Assembly (NCBI GenBank): GCA_016209275.1
Contig: JACQWM010000029.1
Coordinates: 2,692-66,691, forward strand
Length of the DNA stretch: 64,000 nucleotides
Reading direction: 5' to 3'
Origin: Candidatus Omnitrophota bacterium
Lineage (GTDB): Bacteria; Omnitrophota; Gorgyraeia; Aquiviventales; Aquiviventaceae
Positions 7,323 to 15,110 of the stretch are shown piece after piece. How positions within the stretch are numbered: the stretch's first letter is position 1; each line of letters opens with the position of its first letter. The notes beneath the pieces were generated by a model, which was not told the DNA's origin, searched no databases, and was given only the letters and a program-made list of their open reading frames with translations. A program made the translations under genes and the position numbers.

Positions 7323-8891
7323 CTACGGGCGCTGCTCTGCCCAGGCCACGAAGTCATAACGGCCGGTGTTCGGAAACGAGGGTGGGGCCAGGCGCAGCAG
7401 CCGCGCATCATAGACGTAGTCCTTGTCGAACCCGTCTCCGGCGCCGGTTTTCGCATCGATATTCCATCCCACCAGCCCTCGTTCATCCTGGATAAGCCCC
7501 CCAAAAAGATGCAGCCGCCCCTTGTAGCCAATCCTCGCTCGTTCATCGCTGTCGTCCTTCTTATAGGCGCCTTTGACCGTGAACGTCCGCAGCGCCATCA
7601 CCGAGCCTTGGATCATAATCCCAATAGGCGGTCGCGCAGGGTCCGGCAGGTGGACGCGATCAGGGAATTTGGTTTCATCGGAGGTATCCACGATGATATC
7701 TTTCCGTGAGACCAAGCCAAGCAGGTCACGGCTTTCTCCGTTGTCACAGGCAGGGTTGTTCTGCCGATCCTCGTCTGTGACCGGAGTGCCATCGGCGTTG
7801 ACGCTATCCGGGTTGCAGGCATAGATGATGTGCCCTTGGATCGTCATGTCCTCCTGGCTGGCCAGCGTCACCTGGCCGTGGAGTATGCTATCCTCCACCG
7901 TCAACTCCTCCTTCCCAAGTATGACGAGCTTGCCGGCAATCGTGTATCGAACTTCCAGGATGCTAGGATCCGCCGCGTTCGGGGTAGGGGCAAGTTTGTT
8001 GCCCTTCAATTTCACCTCGTCCACCCCCTTGCCTGTCACCACGAGTTCGTACCTCTGTGGGCCATCTGGTTGCAGTAGATCAATGGGATGCTGCTCGAAT
8101 CGGACCACGGCGTCATCGCCAATCACGATGCCGGAAGCCTTGGCCGCCGGCACGAGGTCCTCGTCGAAGCGTTTCTTCGCCTCGGGCATAGGAATCGGCT
8201 TCTCGAGTTTTTGAGGCAGCTCCGCATACGTCGGGTTGCACGGAGCGCTCGTGCACACAATCGCCCCGGTGTAGGACACCGGCCCGAGAAACGTCGGGCT
8301 CCCCATGATGTACAAATTGTCATTAACGTGCACCGGCCCTCTGAGCACTTCAGCGCCTGTCATGTTGATCGCTTGCCCTTTTTTATACTTATTCCAAAAC
8401 ATCAGATACTTCGAAAAACTCTCTCGTTTGATCGTCATGGCCGCCGTTCGCGTGACGGCAATGCCTGTCGTCGTGCCGCTGGCCGTAATCGTAAAAGCCG
8501 CCTGGGCAGGCTCAGCCTCATTCAGGTCATCCGGATCAACCGTCACCGTGAACGACCCTGAGCCAGGGAAGGTTTGAATGATCCCGCCCAGCTCCGGGGT
8601 AAAGGCGCTGGTCAGGGACGCGCATTGTTGCCCTTCAACAGCAAACTCGTCGGAGCAGACCGGCCGTTCGTCTTCCGCCAGCAGCCATTGCACCCCCGCA
8701 TCAAGCCCGGCTTCGGCCAAGGCTAAGGCGCGCTGCTGGGTGGCGGCACGTCGGGCGATGGCGGTATCGTTCATCGTCCGCAGCAGACCCACGGAGAGGA
8801 GTGTTGAGATCCCAGCGCTGGTCACCAAGGCCAACAGTAACAGCGAGCCTTGCCGCGGTCGTCTCATGAGCCTCCCCCCTTTCCTCATCAT
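7323..8891 (-). CDS. Large PilX/GspK-like minor pseudopilin (cassette 2)
   Basis: 522 aa. N-terminus RRPRQGSLLLLALVTSAGISTLL. Long identical blocks shared with the 523-aa cassette-3 protein (ESFSKYLM, DSVNADGTPVTDEDRQNNP, LHLFGGLIQDERG, GFDKDYVYD). Confidence 0.65.
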   Translation of the reverse strand: MMRKGGRLMRRPRQGSLLLLALVTSAGISTLLSVGLLRTMNDTAIARRAATQQRALALAEAGLDAGVQWLLAEDERPVCSDEFAVEGQQCASLTSAFTPELGGIIQTFPGSGSFTVTVDPDDLNEAEPAQAAFTITASGTTTGIAVTRTAAMTIKRESFSKYLMFWNKYKKGQAINMTGAEVLRGPVHVNDNLYIMGSPTFLGPVSYTGAIVCTSAPCNPTYAELPQKLEKPIPMPEAKKRFDEDLVPAAKASGIVIGDDAVVRFEQHPIDLLQPDGPQRYELVVTGKGVDEVKLKGNKLAPTPNAADPSILEVRYTIAGKLVILGKEELTVEDSILHGQVTLASQEDMTIQGHIIYACNPDSVNADGTPVTDEDRQNNPACDNGESRDLLGLVSRKDIIVDTSDETKFPDRVHLPDPARPPIGIMIQGSVMALRTFTVKGAYKKDDSDERARIGYKGRLHLFGGLIQDERGLVGWNIDAKTGAGDGFDKDYVYDARLLRLAPPSFPNTGRYDFVAWAEQRP

Positions 8892-8895
8892 CGCG

Positions 8896-9534
8896 TCATC
8901 CGATCGTGTTGCGCAGCTTCACCTGGGTCACCAATGGCGCGTCTTGAGGGCTCGCCCCCATCTGCCCCCCAGGCAGCTGAGCCGAAAGCTGCTGAACCGC
9001 GAGCCGTATGACCACAATGTGCGTTTGCGTGTTGTAGGTAAAGTCGAGAAGCCTCGCGTAGTGCGCCAGCACCCGGCCGCTGCCGTCTTTCAGATTGCCG
9101 CCCTCATCCAGAATATCTCGCACGAGCTGAATCGAACCATTCAACCGATAGCGCAGAAACCAGCCCGCCTTATGCGCCCCTTGCTGGTCAGGCGCTCCCC
9201 ACATCATGTTCCCGGTCCCCGAATCGTACTGGCCCACCTGAAACGTGACCGACTCGCTTTGGTCCGGGACGATTTGGGCGATGATGAGATTCGCTGCGCC
9301 CGGCCGCGCTTGCCGCAGCTCGTTGGTCATGTTCGCGAGCGCCTGGCGCGCTTGCTGCTGGACAACCACGTACATCTCCGAAGAGATCGAGGCGCGCTGC
9401 GCGGTCATCATGGCGGTCCCCACCGCCCCCACGACCACCGCCATCACCACCGCGACAAAGAGAGTTTCCACCAGCGTCGCCCCGCAAGCGCTTCCCAGAC
9501 GCGCACGATCATGGTGGATTGTTGTGTCATTCAT
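8896..9534 (-). CDS. Prepilin-type pseudopilin, medium (cassette 2)
   Basis: ...ACG^ATLVETLFVAVVMAVVVG with Glu at +5. ATG 9532-9534 overlaps the upstream TGA (ATGA). The track ORF starts at 9543. Confidence 0.65.
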   Translation of the reverse strand: MNDTTIHHDRARLGSACGATLVETLFVAVVMAVVVGAVGTAMMTAQRASISSEMYVVVQQQARQALANMTNELRQARPGAANLIIAQIVPDQSESVTFQVGQYDSGTGNMMWGAPDQQGAHKAGWFLRYRLNGSIQLVRDILDEGGNLKDGSGRVLAHYARLLDFTYNTQTHIVVIRLAVQQLSAQLPGGQMGASPQDAPLVTQVKLRNTIG

Positions 9535-10166
9535 CGACGGCAACTCACGAGTGTTTGCAGTTGCGCCGGAGAGGTGATGATCCCATCGTTATTGCCGATC
9601 GGCGGCGCATCTTCCGGCACCAATTGCGCGCCGTCCCACCGGCATTCCCCGGTCACGCGGCCGCCCTGCCGCCAGCAGACCGCGATCGTCGCCCTCAGCG
9701 GATTAAAATCCGTATCCCCCGCCTGGACGTTCCATTCGCCTGCCCCAACTTGAGTCGCCGTCCCGCAGGGCGTGGCGATGTTCCTGCTGTCGCGGCACGT
9801 CACAATGATCCGCTCGTTGATGTCCGGCATCGGTTGGATGCTCTTGCCCCCGCCTGCCACCGCCATTCACTCATTCCAACTGGCTCCCCCCGGCGGTTGG
9901 ACGGTGGGCGTAAGGCATGTATCCGAGGTATTTTGCTGTCGGAGCTGCTCGAAGACGCGGCCGGCGTCGTTCATGGCCCAGGTGAGGTTGCGCGAGGACT
10001 CATTCATCGCCGCCTGCTGCACTAGCCACGCCAGCAACCCGGCAATCCCCATCATGAAGATCAGGCTCGCGACGGCCAGCTCGATCATCGTCAACCCGCT
10101 GCTGGCTGAGCAGGCAACAAAAAATCCGATCCTGGAACGTCGCGGACGTCGGATCGGATGGAACAT
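9531..10166 (-). pseudogene. Small pseudopilin of cassette 2 interrupted by an in-frame TGA at 9867-9869
   Basis: Track ORFs 9867-10217 and 9531-9866 are colinear with the single 201-aa cassette-3 paralog. ...PPGGASWNE*WMAVAGGGKSIQP aligns with ...LSWDAWLADLNGGGGKSIRP. N-terminus is MFHPIRRPRRSRIGFFVACSASSG^LTMIELAV. Confidence 0.55.
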
Positions 10167-10200
10167 CGCAACCCCCTTTGGCAACCCAGCCATCCAGAGC

Positions 10201-10232
10201 GATATCAGATATCGCATTCGATATCTGATATC
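10201..10232. repeat. 32-bp palindrome copy 3 (GATATCAGATATCGCATTCGATATCTGATATC, one central mismatch) in the cassette-2 leader
   Basis: Read directly from the sequence; same flank ccagagc as copies 1 and 2. Confidence 0.9.
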
Positions 10233-10257
10233 GTCTTAGGACCTGTAGCTTTCCGAC

Positions 10258-10273
10258 CCTGGATTACTCCAGG
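10258..10273 (-). promoter_or_regulatory. Leader hairpin 1 (sense CCUGGA-GUAA-UCCAGG), cassette 2
   Basis: Covaries with the cassette-1 copy; flanks ...agctttccgacc and gtgtggcttt are conserved. Confidence 0.6.
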
Positions 10274-10457
10274 TGTGGCTTTCTCAGTAGGGCCCGCCTA
10301 CTGCTTCCCGTATCTGCCTAACCTGATAAGTATACCTGGTCTGTTGTAACTCCTTCAAATGGCGATGCGTTATGTTACTGTTGCTCTTCAACTTGCCAAC
10401 TCGTCATCCGCGGCCGCTTCATAACAATGGGGATGACGGGCTCCGATGCAAACCGCG

Positions 10458-12029
10458 CTAGCGCGTATCGTCCCAATAGAGGAACTCGTAGCGGCCCGTG
10501 GTCGGGAACGACGGCGGGGTCATGCGCAGCAACCGGATGTCATACACGTAGTCCTTGTCGAATCCGTCTGCGCCTGGCTGGTTGATATTCCACCCCACAT
10601 AACCACGCCTGTCTTGAATGAGCCCTCCAAATAGATGTAACAGGCCTTTATACCCAAGGTTGTCATTTCGCACATCCCCTGGCACGCTGCCGCCTCCCTT
10701 GACATAGAAGGTCTTGAGGGCCATCACCGAGCCATGAATGGTTAGACCAATGTCCGCTCCCGGACCCCCTGCGACGGGCACGCCTACATTAGGCAGTGCT
10801 GCTGTATCGACAGCGATGTTGTTTCTCGACACCAAGCCCAGGAGATCGAGGCTCTCCCCTTCGTCGCAGTCGGGGTCGTTCTGACGATCTTCGTCTGTGA
10901 CCGGGGTGCCGTCTGGGTTGACGCTATCAGGGTTGCACGCATAGACGATATTCCCCTTGATGGTCATGTCGTCATGGCTCGCTAACGTAACCTTTCCATG
11001 GAGCTCTCCGCCATTGATGATCACCTCATGGTCTCCGACGATAAGCAGGGGTTCGGTTAGATCCACCACGAGGGCGTCTTGGCCCGCCGGCCTTGACACG
11101 GTGATCCCCTTGACCTGGATCTGCCCACCATCGGGAACATCGTCAAGCTCGACCCTAGTCCCTTTGACCGCGATCTCGACGTCGTCATCGTCGGCTGCAA
11201 ATTTCATCTTGTCCCCCAGCATCGTCACGGTGGTGTCATGCTTCAGACGAAGCCCGTCATCACTGGCTCGCTGGACCAGGTTGGGGAAATCTGACAGCCG
11301 GTCTGGCAGGGGGACCTCCTCGACCCTTTTCGGCGGGCTATCTTCATAGCGCGGGGCGCAGGCATCACACTGAATAGCCCCGACATACTCGACCGTGGAC
11401 TTGAATGTTGGGGTCCCCTTCAGATACAGATTGCCCCCTGTGTAAACGGGTCCATCCATGGTTTCATTCGTGGAAAAGTAGATTACCGCATTGTTCGCAT
11501 ATCGTTTGTAATACATGAGAAACTTTGAAAAGCTCTCCCGCTTCAGGGCAACGGTCACCGTCCGCTGAGAAGGAAATGCGCCGACCGTTGTTCCTGTCGC
11601 GCGAATGGTAAAGGTGGCGCTGGAGGGATCGGTGCCATTTTCGTCACCCGGATCCACCGTGACCGTGAAATCGCCAACTCCTGGGAGGCTCAGCGGCGTG
11701 GCCACGTCGGGAGTAAAATCATCGGTTGTCCCGCCTTGACACTCTTGAGCCACTTGGTTGCCTGGAAGCGTAGGTTGGCTGCACTCAGGCAGCCGGTTCT
11801 GGCTCTTCTCGATCACCCACTGGATGCCTGCATCAAGCCCGGCTTCGGCCAGGGCAAAGGCTTGCTGATTGGCGGCTGAACGCTGGGCAATGCTGCTTTC
11901 GTTCATCGCCCGGATCTGGCCAATTGACAGCAGTGTGGCTACTAGCGCGGTGAGCATCAGCGCACTCAGCAGTATCGCCCCTCGTCGTGCCTGTCTCATG
12001 ACGGTCCTCCTTGCGTTGTTCAGAGTCAT
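10458..12029 (-). CDS. Large PilX/GspK-like minor pseudopilin (cassette 3)
   Basis: 523 aa, RRGAILLSALMLTALVATLL. ATGA overlap with the upstream gene. Paralog of 7323-8891. Confidence 0.65.
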   Translation of the reverse strand: MTLNNARRTVMRQARRGAILLSALMLTALVATLLSIGQIRAMNESSIAQRSAANQQAFALAEAGLDAGIQWVIEKSQNRLPECSQPTLPGNQVAQECQGGTTDDFTPDVATPLSLPGVGDFTVTVDPGDENGTDPSSATFTIRATGTTVGAFPSQRTVTVALKRESFSKFLMYYKRYANNAVIYFSTNETMDGPVYTGGNLYLKGTPTFKSTVEYVGAIQCDACAPRYEDSPPKRVEEVPLPDRLSDFPNLVQRASDDGLRLKHDTTVTMLGDKMKFAADDDDVEIAVKGTRVELDDVPDGGQIQVKGITVSRPAGQDALVVDLTEPLLIVGDHEVIINGGELHGKVTLASHDDMTIKGNIVYACNPDSVNPDGTPVTDEDRQNDPDCDEGESLDLLGLVSRNNIAVDTAALPNVGVPVAGGPGADIGLTIHGSVMALKTFYVKGGGSVPGDVRNDNLGYKGLLHLFGGLIQDRRGYVGWNINQPGADGFDKDYVYDIRLLRMTPPSFPTTGRYEFLYWDDTR

Positions 12030-12640
12030 CCTCCACTGGTATTGCGGAGTTTCACCTGGGTTGTCACGATACCCGGACTGACCGCGGCCGGACCGCCGGC
12101 CATTTGACCGGCCGCCTGCCTGATCTGCAAGCGCACCGTGGCCATCCGACTGTCCTGATCGTACGCAAAGTCCAACAGTTGTGCGTCATTGGCAAGCACG
12201 CGTCGACCGCCAGGGACGAGGATGCCACCGGGATTCAAGATCTCTCGGACGAGCTGGGTGCCATTCAATCGGTACTGAAGAAACCAGTTCTCTCGGTGAT
12301 CCCCACTCAGATCCGGCGCCCCCCAAACCATCTCTGTTACCTCGAACCTGCCCACCTGAAATCTGAGTACGTCGTGGGTGTCCGGGTTAATCCCCCCAGT
12401 GGTATCCGTAATCTGCATATGGACATTCGGGGGCCTATTCGGCCTGGCCAGCCGCAGTTCCTCCGCCATGGCATCGAGCGCCTGGCGTGCTTGCTGCTGC
12501 GCGTGCACGTAGGCGGCTGAGGTCACCGACGAGCGTTGGGATGATAACATGATCGTGGTCACCGAACCTATCACGAGCGTAAAGAGTAATGCAACCACCA
12601 GGATTTCGACGAGCGTGGCACCTTTCACTCGTCTCTTCAT
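12026..12640 (-). CDS. Prepilin-type pseudopilin, medium (cassette 3)
   Basis: MKRRVKG^ATLVEILVVALLFTLVIG. ATGA overlap with the upstream TGA. C-terminus ...VTTQVKLRNTSGG parallels ...VTQVKLRNTIG in cassette 2. Confidence 0.65.
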   Translation of the reverse strand: MKRRVKGATLVEILVVALLFTLVIGSVTTIMLSSQRSSVTSAAYVHAQQQARQALDAMAEELRLARPNRPPNVHMQITDTTGGINPDTHDVLRFQVGRFEVTEMVWGAPDLSGDHRENWFLQYRLNGTQLVREILNPGGILVPGGRRVLANDAQLLDFAYDQDSRMATVRLQIRQAAGQMAGGPAAVSPGIVTTQVKLRNTSGG

Positions 12641-13182
12641 CGTCGACAACTCATGACGGTTTGCAACTGCGCAGGCGAGTTCACCACGTTGGGGTCTCCA
12701 CTGGCCCCAGGGTTGTTCTCGATGAGCAAATTGCCATTCCAGGTACAGTCGCCAATGGTCCGGCTGCGATGGCGCCAGCAGACGGCAATGGTAAGATGGA
12801 TCGGATCATCGCCAGCTCCGCAAAAGCCCGAGTTATCAGCTTTTTGGCAAGTTACCGCAATAAGCTCATTAGAATCAGGCCGGATGCTTTTCCCGCCACC
12901 CCCATTGAGATCCGCAAGCCAAGCATCCCAACTCAGATACGCTACAGGGAGTTGCGGGGGTAGCGCGCTTGGTGTTACACACGCATCGGATGTATTTTGC
13001 TGCCGGATGCGCTCCAGCACGCGCCTGGAATCGTTCATGGCCAGCGTGAAGTTGCGGGAGTGCTCATTGAGCACCGTTTGCGAGACGATGGCTCTAAAGA
13101 ATCCGGCGAGACCTATCACGAGGATGAAGACGCCGATCAGCACCTCCATCGCCGTCATGCCTCCCGTGGTTCGATCTGGCAT
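12637..13182 (-). CDS. Prepilin-type pseudopilin, small (cassette 3), intact
   Basis: MPDRTTGG^MTAMEVLIGVFILVIG, a 7-aa leader. RBS AGGGAG 8 nt upstream of ATG 13180-13182. C-terminus SPAQLQTVMSCRR matches the cassette-2 copy. The track ORF starts at 13242. Confidence 0.65.
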   Translation of the reverse strand: MPDRTTGGMTAMEVLIGVFILVIGLAGFFRAIVSQTVLNEHSRNFTLAMNDSRRVLERIRQQNTSDACVTPSALPPQLPVAYLSWDAWLADLNGGGGKSIRPDSNELIAVTCQKADNSGFCGAGDDPIHLTIAVCWRHRSRTIGDCTWNGNLLIENNPGASGDPNVVNSPAQLQTVMSCRR

Positions 13183-13320
13183 GGGACACCACTCCCTAAA
13201 AACAATTTCGCCGGGTTTCCGATTTGGTGCGCTTACGCGCACGCTCTTTCGGCAACCCGGCGATCCTTGTTCTCTTCGGCAGCCTGGCTATCCGTCGAGC
13301 AGGACCCGTGGCTTTCCGAC

Positions 13321-13336
13321 CCTGGATTACTCCAGG
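13321..13336 (-). promoter_or_regulatory. Leader hairpin 1 (sense CCUGGA-GUAA-UCCAGG), cassette 3
   Basis: Identical to the cassette-2 hairpin. This leader has no GATATC palindrome. Confidence 0.55.
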
Positions 13337-13371
13337 TGTGGCTTTATCGTGAGGTACTCGCGTACATATTA

Positions 13372-13399
13372 ACTATATCCCACAACGCTGCGAGTGTCA
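13372..13399 (-). promoter_or_regulatory. Strong candidate sigma70 promoter of cassette 3 (sense TTGACA-17-TATAGT)
   Basis: Sense gtgTTGACActcgcagcgttgtgggaTATAGTtaat. Plus strand tgtcaa 13394-13399, actata 13372-13377. Confidence 0.55.
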
Positions 13400-13418
13400 A
13401 CACAAATCTTAATAAAAG

Positions 13419-14432
13419 TTATTGCGAGACTACTCCCACAGTCCCCACGTCGTAGGTCTGCCCGGCACTCAGATCAGGCACGTCCACCACACGAGCCCGA
13501 AATGTCGTCGCCGACGCACCACTGGGCGCCCCAAATCCGTCAGGATCCTCAAGGATGCGTGTCTCCGGAGGCTCCACCCGAAACTGGTAGCGTCCTGGAG
13601 GAATGCCCGGCAGCTCAAAGCGCCCAGCGGCATCCGAGCGGCGCTGGCGATCCACCAACCCGCTAAATCCGGTGAGGACCGTCTTGTTGGTCGCTCGATC
13701 GATCACGCGCAGGCTCGCCCCGATCAGCGGTGCATCGCCACGCACCACGCGCCCGGTGAGTGTCGCGGTGGCGCGTTCCAATGGAGCCTCGGCGTTGGGA
13801 TACAAGACCGCCAGGCCGACGAGGTCATCGTTGCTGAGCACTGGCAAGTGGCTGACCATCGTCATGACACTCGGGGCCACCGAATGGCCCAGCCCAAGAC
13901 AATGGCCGATCTCGTGCATGATGATGCTCTTGACCTCAGGCAGCGTAAAGGGCGCCCGGGGCTGCACCAGGATATCGCAGTCCGCGGCAAAGACAAATGC
14001 GCGGCCGACGACCAACACCCCCTGACGCGCAGCACCTGGGGCCGGCCAAAAAATCACGTTCTGGCCGTCGGGCTGTGCTGAGGTTTTTTCGGGATCGTTG
14101 ATGATGTCACCGACGCGAAACGACAGCCCGACCGACTCCATCTGCCTCCACACCTTCAGCGCATCCTGCACCATCTGCCGCATCTGCGCCTCGGAGTAGG
14201 CGGCCGGCGCATTGGCCATGTTGATGGTGAAGGCGACCGGCTCCCCCTTCGGCCAGCGGGTGCGCTGTGCCCGCAACCCGAAGGCCTCGCCTCGATGCGG
14301 TGGCAGCACGAAGAAGACGACTAAGACGGTGGTGACCAAGTGGCTGGGTGGCCGGGTGGCCGGGAAAACTCTTTGGCCACTTGGCCACCTGGCCACTTGG
14401 CCACTGCTTAGCGTTTTCGGAGTGCTACTCAT
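13419..14432 (-). CDS. Secreted zinc metalloprotease of the metzincin type (HEIGHCLGLGH) with a C-terminal CarbopepD-regulatory-like beta-sandwich
   Basis: HExxHxxGxxH plus a downstream SVM Met-turn. C-terminal LTGRVVRGDAPLIGASLRV...GRYQFRV motif. ATG 14430-14432 lies 2 nt after the RR stop; an alternative TTG/GTG start is near 14336. The REP-like hairpin falls inside the 5' coding region. Confidence 0.6.
   Translation of the reverse strand: MSSTPKTLSSGQVARWPSGQRVFPATRPPSHLVTTVLVVFFVLPPHRGEAFGLRAQRTRWPKGEPVAFTINMANAPAAYSEAQMRQMVQDALKVWRQMESVGLSFRVGDIINDPEKTSAQPDGQNVIFWPAPGAARQGVLVVGRAFVFAADCDILVQPRAPFTLPEVKSIIMHEIGHCLGLGHSVAPSVMTMVSHLPVLSNDDLVGLAVLYPNAEAPLERATATLTGRVVRGDAPLIGASLRVIDRATNKTVLTGFSGLVDRQRRSDAAGRFELPGIPPGRYQFRVEPPETRILEDPDGFGAPSGASATTFRARVVDVPDLSAGQTYDVGTVGVVSQ
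14338..14400. repeat. REP-like GC-rich hairpin element, copy A ((GTGGCCGG)2 - aaaactcttt - GGCCACTTGGCCACCTGGCCACTTGGCCAC)
   Basis: Two arms complementary with G-U wobble. A near-identical copy is at 15114-15192 and a variant at 24771-24832. Confidence 0.75.
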
Positions 14433-15108
14433 GCGGCGCCAGAAACTTATAGCCGACATTGCGGACGGTGTCGATGTAGGCCGCTCCGCGCAGCTCGATT
14501 TTGGCGCGCAGCCGGCGGATGTGCACATCGACGGTGCGCGTGCCCCCGTAGTAATCATAGCCCCACACCTTATCGAGGAGGACTTCGCGGGTAAAGACCT
14601 TGCCCGGGTGGGTCACGAGAAATTTCAACAGCTCAAACTCTTTGTAGGTCAAATCGGCCGGCTCGCCGTGCACATGCACTTCGTACCGCTCGAAATCGAT
14701 CACCAGGCCTTGATGGGAGAACCCGTTTTTCACTTCGATGCGGTCCGATTTCCAGAGCAAAAATTTCAGGCGCTGCATGAGGCGAGCCGCGCTCACCGGC
14801 AGGGTGAGGTAGTCGTCCATGCCCCACCCCACATCGAGCCGCCCGAGCTGCGCTTCGGTGACCAGTAACATCAGCGGCAGCTCCTTCAGCGGCCGCTCGC
14901 GTTTCAGCGCGCGGCAAAGCTTTGACGGTTCGGTGGCACAGCGCTCCAGATCCACGACCACGACATCCAGCGACGACGGCGGAATCCAGCGCTCCTGCAG
15001 GAACTCCGAGGAGGCCACCGGGTCGAGGGTAAAGCCCTGCTGGAGCAGCTCGGATTTGAGCGGCTTTTTCGTCTTCCAGTCGTCCGTGATCAAAAGGACA
15101 CGATACAT
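14425..15108 (-). CDS. OmpR-family response regulator (receiver plus winged helix)
   Basis: MYRVLLITDD...VVVVDL...MLLVTE...Y(L)TLP receiver, then C-terminal ...TYKEFELLKFLVTHPGKVFTREVLLDKVWGYDYYGGTRTVDVHIRRLRAKI. ATG at 15108 lies 2 nt after the nadE TAA. No cognate kinase is in the window. Confidence 0.85.
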   Translation of the reverse strand: MYRVLLITDDWKTKKPLKSELLQQGFTLDPVASSEFLQERWIPPSSLDVVVVDLERCATEPSKLCRALKRERPLKELPLMLLVTEAQLGRLDVGWGMDDYLTLPVSAARLMQRLKFLLWKSDRIEVKNGFSHQGLVIDFERYEVHVHGEPADLTYKEFELLKFLVTHPGKVFTREVLLDKVWGYDYYGGTRTVDVHIRRLRAKIELRGAAYIDTVRNVGYKFLAPHE

Positions 15109-15110
15109 CG

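Noticed and set aside
9531-10217. Track ORFs 9867-10217 and 9531-9866 as two separate small genes
   Set aside because: Together they are colinear with the single intact cassette-3 paralog, so they are one gene interrupted by TGA. The track's upstream start (10217, MRYLISLW) also lies inside the GATATC palindrome; the RBS-supported start is 10166.
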